Origin: Terriglobales bacterium
GTDB lineage: Bacteria > Acidobacteriota > Terriglobia > Terriglobales > SCQP01
Direction of reading: 5' to 3'
Assembly: GCA_050747745.1 (NCBI GenBank)
Contig: JBOGKM010000098.1
Location: 76,297 to 140,296 of the forward strand
Length of the DNA stretch: 64,000 nucleotides
Shown here: piece by piece, positions 1-7,275 of the stretch
How the letters are laid out: the number at the start of each line of letters is the position of its first letter
Position numbering within the stretch: position 1 is the stretch's first letter
Translations under genes and position numbers: made by a program
Notes under the pieces: generated by a model
Database searches by the model: none
What the model was told of the DNA's origin: nothing
The model's input: only the letters and a program-made list of their open reading frames with translations

Positions 1-660
1 ATGGTAACCGTCGAAGGACAGCCCCCAGGCCTGGGCGAGCAGGTTCTCGCGGGTAAAGACGCGGCCGGGCGCGCTCAGCAGCAGCCGCAGCAGGCTCAGC
101 TCCTTGGGAGTGAGCCGGATGACGGTGGCGCCCACCGTGAGCTGATGGCGATCGCAGTCGAGCAGCATCGTACCCAGGCGGATCTGGCCGGTTTCGGCAG
201 GTTCGGGCGGCGCGCTGCGGCGGCGTAAGGCGCGGATGCGGGCCTCGAGCTCGGCGGGACTGAAGGGTTTAGCCAGGTAATCGTCGGCGCCGAATTCGAG
301 GCCGGTGATTTTATCCAGGTCGGAGCCGCGGGCGGAAATGATGATGATGGCCTGCTCGCGCCGGCTGACGCGCAACTGCTTGCACAAGCTGAGGCCGTCG
401 AGCTTGGGAAGCATGAGATCAAGCACCACCACGCCGTAGTGATAGCGCAGCGCCTCGGCCAGCCCGCTTTCGCCATCGCCGCAACAGTTCACGTGGTAGC
501 CCTGGCGGTGGAGCAGGAAGGTAATGCTGCGCTGGATGTTGCGGTCGTCCTCAACCAGCAGGACACTGGCGGCGCCCGGGCCGCCCTCGGCCGCGTCTTC
601 CCCGGCAGGGAACGGCGGCGGCGCGTCCGGAGCAGCGGCGGAAGCAGAATCGGCAGTCAT
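1..660 (-). CDS. OmpR/PhoB-family response regulator (3' end runs off the window; absent from the supplied ORF track)
   Basis: My own reverse-strand translation from ATG at 660 gives MTADSASAAAPDAPPPFPAGEDAAEGGPGAASVLLVEDDRNIQRSITFLLHRQGYHVNCCGDGESGLAEALRYHYGVVVLDLMLPKLDGLSLCKQLR...GADDYLAKPFSPAELEARIRALRRR...IRLTPKELSLLRLLLSAPGRVFTRENLLAQAWG. This is a receiver domain plus a winged-helix output domain. The frame is open to position 1. Confidence 0.9.
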   Translation of the reverse strand, partial: MTADSASAAAPDAPPPFPAGEDAAEGGPGAASVLLVEDDRNIQRSITFLLHRQGYHVNCCGDGESGLAEALRYHYGVVVLDLMLPKLDGLSLCKQLRVSRREQAIIIISARGSDLDKITGLEFGADDYLAKPFSPAELEARIRALRRRSAPPEPAETGQIRLGTMLLDCDRHQLTVGATVIRLTPKELSLLRLLLSAPGRVFTRENLLAQAWGLSFDGYH

Positions 661-668
661 GATGCACT

Positions 669-688
669 CACTTTCCCAAGGGGAAGTG
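669..688 (-). other. 8-bp hairpin (CACTTTCC-caag-GGGAAGTG) 8 nt upstream of the response-regulator ATG
   Basis: Read directly from the sequence. On the minus-strand mRNA the 3' arm (GGGAAAGUG) covers the only purine-rich SD-like stretch before the ATG at 660. Confidence 0.3.
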
Positions 689-758
689 ACAAGGTAAGAG
701 TAGACCCGAAGCTGGAAGGTTGTAAATTCCCTCACTCGTGGGGGGAGGTGTGGCCCAG

Positions 759-1586
759 CTAGGCACCGGCATAGAGAGTCAGAAACGCCAACTCAGGGGG
801 GGCGCCGACCCGCATGGGCAGGATGACCTTGCCCAGACCGCGGCTGACGTACATCTGGGTGGAGTCCAGGCTGAGCAAGCCGGCGGGCAGGAAGCGCTGA
901 TAGAGCGGCTCGGCGAAAGCGAACTTGATCTGGCCGCCATGGGTATGGCCGCTGAGCACCAGGTCGACGCCGCAGCGCGCCGCCGCGGCCAGTTCCATAG
1001 GATTGTGGGCGAGCAGCAGGGTAAAGCGGCTGGCGGTGGAGGCGAGGGCTGCCCCCAGGTTGGGATGCTGGCGGGAGTCGTCGATGCCGGCGATCTGGAA
1101 GGCGGCGCCGCGGTGGCGCAGGAGGCGGTGCTGGTTGCGCAGCACCTTCAGACCCTGGCGGCGCAGGGCGCGGGTCAGCAGGTCGGCGCCGGCACGAAAA
1201 TCGTGGTTGCCGAGCACGGCGTACACGCCCAGGGGCGCGTGCAACTGGCCCAGCATCTCCGCCGCGGGCTCAATAAAGACCGGCGATTGGGTGACAAAAT
1301 CGCCAGTGATGCAGATGAGATCGGGCTGCTGCGCCAGGGTCAGCTCCAGCACGCGCAGCAGGGAATCGCGCGAGAGAAACAGGCCGTAGTGAATGTCGGA
1401 CAGGTGAGCCAGGTGCAGGCCGTTGAGCGCGGGCGGCAGGCGGGGCAGGGGGACTTGCAGATGCGTGATCTGGGGATCGCGGGCGCGCGGGTGGCGCTCG
1501 TAGAGCAGCGTCTGCACCTTGCGCCAGGAGTTCTGGCGCAGGCTGCGGGCGCGCAGGCGGGCGACGGTGGCGGGGCGCGGCTTCAC
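759..1586 (-). CDS. Calcineurin-like metallophosphoesterase (YaeI-like)
   Basis: 275-aa ORF with the motifs LSDIHYG, ITGDFV, LGNHDF and SGHTHGG. It overlaps the upstream gene by 4 nt. Confidence 0.85.
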   Translation of the reverse strand: MKPRPATVARLRARSLRQNSWRKVQTLLYERHPRARDPQITHLQVPLPRLPPALNGLHLAHLSDIHYGLFLSRDSLLRVLELTLAQQPDLICITGDFVTQSPVFIEPAAEMLGQLHAPLGVYAVLGNHDFRAGADLLTRALRRQGLKVLRNQHRLLRHRGAAFQIAGIDDSRQHPNLGAALASTASRFTLLLAHNPMELAAAARCGVDLVLSGHTHGGQIKFAFAEPLYQRFLPAGLLSLDSTQMYVSRGLGKVILPMRVGAPPELAFLTLYAGA

Positions 1587-2443
1587 CGCCCGGCCTCACC
1601 GGCCGGGAGCGGCCGGTAGGCGGCCGGGTCGGGCAGCGGCGGCGTGCGCCCGGCAAACAAGGCGGCAAAATCGCGCAACAGCCCGGGATGCAGGTGACCG
1701 TTGCTGGCCAGAATATCGGGGCTGCGGAGCTGATGGACGGCGCCGCGCATGTCGGTCACTTCCCCGCCCGCCTCGGTGACGATGAGCCCTCCAGCGGCGA
1801 CATCCCAGGGCTGCAGGCCGAATTCCCAGAAGCCGCCGAAGCGGCCGCAGGCGGTGTAACACAAATCCAGCGCCGCCGCCCCCAGGCGGCGCATGCCATG
1901 GCTCACCAGGCTGAAATGCTGGTAGAAGTGTATGTTGGGATTCTGCTGGCGCTTGCGGGAGGGGAATCCGGTGGCCAGCAGCGCGTCGCGGATCTGGCGC
2001 ACGTCCGAGACGTGAATGGGAGACCCGTTGAGCAAGGCGCCTTGGCCGCGGCGCGCGGTGAACATTTCGTCCAGCACGGGATTGTAGACCACCCCGGCCA
2101 CGATCGCACCGGCACGCTCCAGTCCGAGCGAGACGGCAAACAGGGGCAAGCCGTGGGCAAAATTGGTGGTGCCGTCGAGCGGATCGACGTACCAGCAGGC
2201 GCTGCCATCGCCGTCGCTCCGGCTACCCTCTTCGGCCACGATCGCGTGGGAAGGAAAGGCAGCCCGCAACCTCGAGGTAATATGCGCCTCGCTGGCGCGA
2301 TCGGCCGCCGTCACCAAGTCGGCTTCGCCCTTGGATTCAATGCCGACGCGACCGCGATGCTGCAGCAGGATTTGCCCGGCTTCGCGCGTGATCGCCACGG
2401 CGGCGGCCAGCGCCGCGGCATCACCGCCTGGCTCAGCGTCCAT
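1583..2443 (-). CDS. Inositol monophosphatase family protein (SuhB-like)
   Basis: Contains WYVDPLDGTTNFAHGLPLFAVS and the AAALDLCYTA motif. I chose the start at the internal ATG (MDAEPGG), which overlaps the ccmD stop. The longer track start at 2500 is possible. Confidence 0.85.
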   Translation of the reverse strand: MDAEPGGDAAALAAAVAITREAGQILLQHRGRVGIESKGEADLVTAADRASEAHITSRLRAAFPSHAIVAEEGSRSDGDGSACWYVDPLDGTTNFAHGLPLFAVSLGLERAGAIVAGVVYNPVLDEMFTARRGQGALLNGSPIHVSDVRQIRDALLATGFPSRKRQQNPNIHFYQHFSLVSHGMRRLGAAALDLCYTACGRFGGFWEFGLQPWDVAAGGLIVTEAGGEVTDMRGAVHQLRSPDILASNGHLHPGLLRDFAALFAGRTPPLPDPAAYRPLPAGEAGR

Positions 2444-2600
2444 GCCCACCCGCGGCGCTGCCGTGCGTCTCCGTGCCGCGGCCGGTTTCCTCGAGTGCAT
2501 TCAGCGCGCGCCGCAGACGCCGCTGCCGCGCGGCCAGCGTGAACACGTAGACCATCAGGATGATCCAAGCCACGCTGTAGGCGGCCACCAAGCTTCCCAT
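2433..2600 (-). CDS. ccmD: Haem exporter protein D (CcmD-like small membrane protein)
   Basis: 55-codon ORF below the track cutoff: MGSLVAAYSVAWIILMVYVFTLAARQRRLRRALNALEE... It has one TM followed by a basic stretch, typical of CcmD. An AGGAGG sits 5-10 nt upstream, formed by the last codons of ccmC. It lies directly after ccmC. Confidence 0.7.
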   Translation of the reverse strand: MGSLVAAYSVAWIILMVYVFTLAARQRRLRRALNALEETGRGTETHGSAAGGHGR

Positions 2601-2604
2601 ATTT

Positions 2605-3306
2605 CTATACCTCCTCGGCCAGCAGTTGCTGCTGCCGCAGCTCGACCAGACGGGTGCGGGTCACCTCCTGGCGGTAACGCAGCCACACCAGGCAGCCCAT
2701 GAGCGCCAGAAAGGCAACCATGGAAAGTAAAAAGGCGATGAGCATGCGCGGCGCCAGGCCGGAATTGGGCCCACCGAGCAGCACCGGCGCGGGATGCTGG
2801 GTGCGCCACCAGCGGATGGCCATGTAATCAATGGGCACGTCGGCGGCGAAAAACACCGACAGCGCCGCCGCCAGGCGCGGTTGCAAATTGCCGGGCGGGG
2901 TGAGCTGGCGGAGGATGAGATAGCTGGCAAACATCACCCACAGCGCCAGCGTCAGCGTCAGCCGGGGTCCCCAAACCCACCACACGCCCCAGACCGGACG
3001 TGCCCAGATCGGGCCGGTGATGAGAGTGATGGTCAGAAACGCCAGTCCCACTTCGGCGCAGGAGACTGCGAGTGCATCGGCTTTGGGTGAACGCCGCACC
3101 AGATAGGCGATGCTGGCCAAGGCGTTGATGATCAGGGCGGTAAAGGCGGTGAGCGCGGCGGGAGCGTGGTAGTAGAAAATCCGCTGGATGGTGCCCATGG
3201 TGGCCTCGGTCGGCGCGCCCACCAGCGCCCACCAGAGCGCGATGAGGAGCAAGGCCAAGGTGGCGCCAAAAATCCAATTCGAACGCAGTTTAAGAATGGA
3301 ATTCAT
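2605..3306 (-). CDS. ccmC: Haem exporter protein C
   Basis: The real start is MNSILKLRSNWIFG at 3306 (ATGA overlap with the ccmB stop). WGxxWxWD-type tryptophan-rich motif (WGVWWVWGPRLT). The upstream 123 codons of the track ORF overlap ccmB and are not coding. Confidence 0.9.
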   Translation of the reverse strand: MNSILKLRSNWIFGATLALLLIALWWALVGAPTEATMGTIQRIFYYHAPAALTAFTALIINALASIAYLVRRSPKADALAVSCAEVGLAFLTITLITGPIWARPVWGVWWVWGPRLTLTLALWVMFASYLILRQLTPPGNLQPRLAAALSVFFAADVPIDYMAIRWWRTQHPAPVLLGGPNSGLAPRMLIAFLLSMVAFLALMGCLVWLRYRQEVTRTRLVELRQQQLLAEEV

Positions 3307-3980
3307 TCGACATCCAGCGCAGCATCGGCCAGCAGCAATCCGAGGCAGGAGAAAATCACATCGTAGCTGACCAGCAACTCCAACCAATAGTTTGCCACGC
3401 CCGTGCCCGACAAGTAGACTTGCGTGGCTTGCACCATGGCCAGAATGGCCGGAATGGACACTGGCAAAAGCAGCAGCGGCAGCAGCAGGCCGCGCTGGCG
3501 GGCGTGGACGCTCATGGCAGAAAAATAAGTGCCACAGGCCGTCAACGCCCAGGTGCCGAGCACCATGGTCACGGCGATGCCGCCCCAGCGCGCCGCCGCA
3601 GGAGCATTGAACAACACGGCAAACAGCGGAGTCAGGATGATCTCCAGCACGAGAATGATGGCGAAGCTGGCGCAAAACTTGCCGGTGAGAATGGCCGGGC
3701 GGGAGGCGGGAGTGATCTGCAAGCCGGTGAGGCTGGCTTCGCCGCTTTCGCGCAGAAAGGCGCGATCGAGTGCCACCAGCGAAGCAAACAGAAACGCGAT
3801 CCAGAGCAGGCTGCCGCCGGCGCGCAGGGTGAGGGCGGCATTGGCGTTGAAGGCAAAGCTGAAGATGACGATCACCAGCAGAGCGTAAAAACCCATGGCC
3901 AGCAGCGCCTCGCGGGTGCGCAACTCGACGCGCAAGTCGCGGGCGGCAACGGCGGCGGCAATGCGGAGGGCCTCAGCCAA
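3303..3980 (-). CDS. ccmB: Haem exporter protein B (ABC permease)
   Basis: 225-aa polytopic protein MAEALRIAAAVAARDLRVELRTREALLAMGFYALLVIVIFSFAF... It sits between ccmA and ccmC with overlapping stop/start codons. Confidence 0.88.
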   Translation of the reverse strand: MAEALRIAAAVAARDLRVELRTREALLAMGFYALLVIVIFSFAFNANAALTLRAGGSLLWIAFLFASLVALDRAFLRESGEASLTGLQITPASRPAILTGKFCASFAIILVLEIILTPLFAVLFNAPAAARWGGIAVTMVLGTWALTACGTYFSAMSVHARQRGLLLPLLLLPVSIPAILAMVQATQVYLSGTGVANYWLELLVSYDVIFSCLGLLLADAALDVE

Positions 3981-4665
3981 TTGCGGCTCCTTCCCGTACC
4001 GCGGCGGCAGACAGCAGGCCGGCGGGCGTGGAAAGACGGCCGCGCGCCAGCGTCAGCTCGCCATCGGCAAGCCCGGCCACTTGCTCTGGATTGTGGCTGC
4101 TGAGCAGCAGTGTCATGCCGCCGTCGCGCAACTGGGCGAGGCAGGCGCGCAGTTCCGCAACCGTCTGGAGGTCGAGGCTGGCGAAGGGCTCGTCCAGCAG
4201 CAGCAGCGCCGGCTGATGCAGCAGACAGCGCGCCAGAGCCGCCTTCTGGCGCATGCCCTGAGACAATTCGCCCACCCGCAGCGGCGCCAAGTGGGTCCCG
4301 CGCACCTGCAGCAGTGCGCGGGTGACGGCCGCGTGGCCGTCGGCAAGGCCGTAGAGCGTGGCGAAGAACTCGAGATTCTCGGCTACCGTGAGCTGAGGAT
4401 GAAGCAGGCTCTGGTGCGACAGAAAACCGGTCTGGCGCCGCGATGCCGGCGTGCCTACCCGCGCGCCGCTCAGCAGCGCCGTTCCGCTCGAAGGCCGCAG
4501 CGCGCCCGCCAGAATGCGCAGCAGGGTGCTCTTGCCGGCGCCGTTGGCGCCCCACAAGGTCAGCAGGCGTCCAGGCTCGCAGGTGAACGACACCTGGCGC
4601 AACACTACCGTGTCGCCAAAAAAGCGGCTCACGCTCTGGCATTCTAAAAACGCCACACCAACCAC
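3973..4665 (-). CDS. ccmA: Cytochrome c biogenesis ABC transporter ATP-binding protein
   Basis: Walker A GANGAGKSTLLRILAG, signature LSQGMRQK, Walker B LLLLDEP. GTG start. Confidence 0.9.
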   Translation of the reverse strand: MVGVAFLECQSVSRFFGDTVVLRQVSFTCEPGRLLTLWGANGAGKSTLLRILAGALRPSSGTALLSGARVGTPASRRQTGFLSHQSLLHPQLTVAENLEFFATLYGLADGHAAVTRALLQVRGTHLAPLRVGELSQGMRQKAALARCLLHQPALLLLDEPFASLDLQTVAELRACLAQLRDGGMTLLLSSHNPEQVAGLADGELTLARGRLSTPAGLLSAAAVREGAAIG

Positions 4666-4672
4666 AGACTAA

Positions 4673-5128
4673 CTAATTCATGGAACCGGCGCTGGTGGTC
4701 GGCCTCATACCGCTGGCCCGCACGCCTTTGGGTTCGTACTTGGAGGCGCACTTGGCCTGCACGCCGGTGGCGCGAAAGCTGCCATTGGGCAGCAGTCGCC
4801 CCTCGGCCACAGCCTGGGCGTTGCCCACGAAGGTATCAGGCAGCGGATCGGTGCCCACGTAGGCGACCGGCAGGACATGCCCGCCCTGGGTAATCTCGAA
4901 GACGGTTTCCACCTCGCCTTCCGCCATGCCCTTGTGGATGCTGCCGGGAACGACATCGCCGGAGACCCGGATGCGGCGTGCATGCGCCACGGCGGGGGGC
5001 ATGGTGACCAGCTGGGTGACGGTGACGAAATAGGCGCGCGTGTTGCGGGCGGTGGTGAAGGCCAGCCAGCCCAGCGCCGCCAAAATCAACACGATCAGGA
5101 CACTGAACTTCACGGTTACCGGGCGCAT
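4673..5128 (-). CDS. ccmE: Cytochrome c maturation haem chaperone CcmE, Cys (CxxxY) variant
   Basis: N-terminal anchor plus OB-fold-like body. The C-terminal VQAKCASKYEP aligns with the canonical LAKHDENYxP, with Cys127 (codon 4748-4750, TGC) in place of the haem-binding His. Confidence 0.85.
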   Translation of the reverse strand: MRPVTVKFSVLIVLILAALGWLAFTTARNTRAYFVTVTQLVTMPPAVAHARRIRVSGDVVPGSIHKGMAEGEVETVFEITQGGHVLPVAYVGTDPLPDTFVGNAQAVAEGRLLPNGSFRATGVQAKCASKYEPKGVRASGMRPTTSAGSMN

Positions 5129-5187
5129 GAGAGTAGTTTTCAGTATAGCGGCAAACGCCCGGCGGCGGGAGGAGAAATTGGCCGCCC

Positions 5188-6471
5188 TCAGCGACCGGAA
5201 AGGCGATCCATGCGGGCAAACAGGGCGGTGCGGGCCTGGACGTAGTCGGCCTCGCTGATATCGCTGGTGTGGCGGCGAACTTCGAGCAGGAACAAATCGT
5301 CTTTTAGTTTGGCCAGCTCATCCGCTGCGGGAGCGGCAGGGAGCGCGGCGGCGGCGGGCGGCAATACCGGCAGAGCGCCGGCGGTGGCCGCCTCGCGCTC
5401 GGGACGGGAGAGCAGAATGCCGAAACCGGCCGCCGCGGCCAGCACCAGAACCATGAAGATAGTCCATTTGTTGCGCTCGATGAAGGTTGGCGCGGCCACG
5501 GCGCCAACGGCGACAGCTGCGGGCGGAGCGGCCGCGGCGGCCGGACTGGACGCGGCCGTGGTGGAGGCCGGAGCGCCCGCGGAATCACTGGCCGCCGCGG
5601 CGGGCGAGGAGCTGCTGCCGCCCTGGGCCACGGCGGCCGGGAGAGGCGCATTGCCGCTGACGCGGAAGTGCACCGTGGCGGGAATGGGGCCTCCCGTAAT
5701 GCCGTAGACGTTGTAGCCTTGCTGCGCACCCACCTGCACAAAGCCCGCGCCGGAAAACTGCATCTGCTGGGGCACATAAACTTCGAAATGTTTGGGCACG
5801 AACACCGGCGTTGCCGTGAGCGCGGCTTTGAGGCCCGCGTAGGGAACGTTATAGGCGGTTTGAATGCGGGTTTCGCCGGGACGCAGCGGTGCGGCCACGC
5901 GATAGACGTTGTGATCGGCGGTGGGCAGAGCGGTCGAGGCCAGCGGCAGCTCGTTGGGCGCCTGCACCCGCACCATATCCACGTGCGCGCCGGCGGGCAC
6001 GCGGAAACGGAACAGGCCGCCCTTGGCGGCGAGCGTGCGCATGGGCTGCAGGCCGTTTTCGACGCGGTACTCGTTCACCACCGCCAACTGCCCCTGATCG
6101 GGCTGGAGGACCATGATTTCAGCGTCCACGTCCAGTAGCTTGGGGTTACTGGAAGCGTTGTAGACGCGTACGTTGGTCTCCGCCTGGCCCTTGGTGACCT
6201 TGGAGAAATAGGGTACGCCCTGGAAGTTGACCTGGACCATGAAGGGGCCGGGGAGATTCTCGCTAAAGCGAAAATGGCCGCCGCTGTCGGTGGTGGTGGT
6301 GGCCACCACATTCATGTTGTCCTTGAGCTGCACCAGCGTGACCGACACCTGCGCCAGGGGCGTGCCGGTGGTGAGGTTCAAGACCACGCCGGTGACGTTC
6401 TGGCCGGCCTGGGCGAAGACGGAGGCGGTCAGGGCAGCCAGCAGGAGTGCGATCCGGTACAGTCTGCGCAT
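5188..6471 (-). CDS. Ccm-operon protein of unknown function: signal peptide, CarboxypepD_reg-like beta-sandwich ectodomain, Ala/Ser/Pro linker, one TM, CcmI-like cytoplasmic helix
   Basis: MRRLYRIALLLAALTASVFAQA signal peptide. VTGVVLNLTTGTPLAQVSVTLVQ...DSGGHFRF is typical of carboxypeptidase-regulatory-like folds. TM WTIFMVLVLAAAAGFGILL. The tail LAKLKDDLFLLEVRRHTSDISEADYVQARTALFARM resembles the CcmI N-domain helix. Its ATG lies 2 nt after the stop of the upstream gene. Confidence 0.7.
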   Translation of the reverse strand: MRRLYRIALLLAALTASVFAQAGQNVTGVVLNLTTGTPLAQVSVTLVQLKDNMNVVATTTTDSGGHFRFSENLPGPFMVQVNFQGVPYFSKVTKGQAETNVRVYNASSNPKLLDVDAEIMVLQPDQGQLAVVNEYRVENGLQPMRTLAAKGGLFRFRVPAGAHVDMVRVQAPNELPLASTALPTADHNVYRVAAPLRPGETRIQTAYNVPYAGLKAALTATPVFVPKHFEVYVPQQMQFSGAGFVQVGAQQGYNVYGITGGPIPATVHFRVSGNAPLPAAVAQGGSSSSPAAAASDSAGAPASTTAASSPAAAAAPPAAVAVGAVAAPTFIERNKWTIFMVLVLAAAAGFGILLSRPEREAATAGALPVLPPAAAALPAAPAADELAKLKDDLFLLEVRRHTSDISEADYVQARTALFARMDRLSGR

Positions 6472-6473
6472 GT

Positions 6474-6743
6474 TTAACTCTGCGAATGCAGGGCGGCAAC
6501 CACGCCCGCGGCCTCACGCTCGAGCATGGCACGGCTGCGCTGGAAATCGGCGTCGGAAAGTTTGCCAGCCAGATGCTCGAAATGCAGGTCTTTGAGGTTT
6601 TCGTAGACCGCTTTTTTGCGTTCCTCGAGTGCCTGGCGCTCGGCCTCACGGGCATCCTGCTGGCGGCCTTCGGGCACGGCGGTAAACACCCAGTAGCCCA
6701 CGGCGCAGGTGAGGATGAAGCAGACGGCGACAATCAACGGCAC
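6474..6743 (-). CDS. Small single-TM protein with a CcmI N-domain-like helix
   Basis: MPLIVAVCFILTCAVGYWVFTAV (TM) followed by VYENLKDLHFEHLAGKLSDADFQRSRAMLEREAAGVV. This matches the VYxxQLxELxxDxxxGxLxxxExxxxRxEL pattern of CcmI/CycH N-terminal domains. GTG start. Confidence 0.6.
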   Translation of the reverse strand: MPLIVAVCFILTCAVGYWVFTAVPEGRQQDAREAERQALEERKKAVYENLKDLHFEHLAGKLSDADFQRSRAMLEREAAGVVAALHSQS

Positions 6744-6756
6744 AAGCGGACGGCTC

Positions 6757-7275
6757 CTAAGATGGGTTGTGCGGGCGGGGCGCCAGTTCCCGCTCCAGTT
6801 CGGCGGCGATTTCGGAGCGGATGCCGGCCAGCGTCTCCGGCATGGCGGCCGAGGCCGGGGCGGCGGCTTCGACCGGGCGCTGGCGGTCGCGGAAGCGCTT
6901 CACGAAAAACAGCACCAGGAACACGCCGATGGCCAGCACCACCCAGGGCGTGATCCAGGCGGTTTCGTTGAAGCCGGCATGAGTGGGGTTGGCCAGCACC
7001 TCGGTGCCGTATTCCTGGACGAACGACTGCAGGATGAGCGACACCGGCTCGTTGAGGGTGGCGCGTTGGCGGATTTCGGCCTGCATTTGCAGCTTGACCG
7101 TGCAGTTGAGGGTGTTACACACCAGCGCCCCCTGCCGACAGCCGCAGGTGCAAATCAGCCTTTTGCCAATGGTCTGCTCGCGCGGAGTAAAGGTGTTATA
7201 GCCGCCGCCCAGGGCGACGCTGGTGACCACCAGCAGGGCCAGCAACACCAGCGCGGTGCGCTTACCGGGACGCAA
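6757..7275 (-). CDS. ccmH: CcmH/NrfF-like cytochrome c biogenesis protein with an atypical Cys cluster
   Basis: Signal/anchor, then KRLICTCGCRQGALVCNTLNC where LRCxxC is expected. SLILQSFVQEYGTEVLANP matches the ...RYGdfVLyxP region. C-terminal TM WITPWVVLAIGVFLVLFF. Overlaps ccmF by 14 nt. Confidence 0.7.
   Translation of the reverse strand: MRPGKRTALVLLALLVVTSVALGGGYNTFTPREQTIGKRLICTCGCRQGALVCNTLNCTVKLQMQAEIRQRATLNEPVSLILQSFVQEYGTEVLANPTHAGFNETAWITPWVVLAIGVFLVLFFVKRFRDRQRPVEAAAPASAAMPETLAGIRSEIAAELERELAPRPHNPS

Noticed and set aside
1-228. 75-aa plus-strand ORF beginning at position 1
   Set aside because: It is antisense to the response-regulator gene, whose receiver and winged-helix motifs read continuously on the minus strand.
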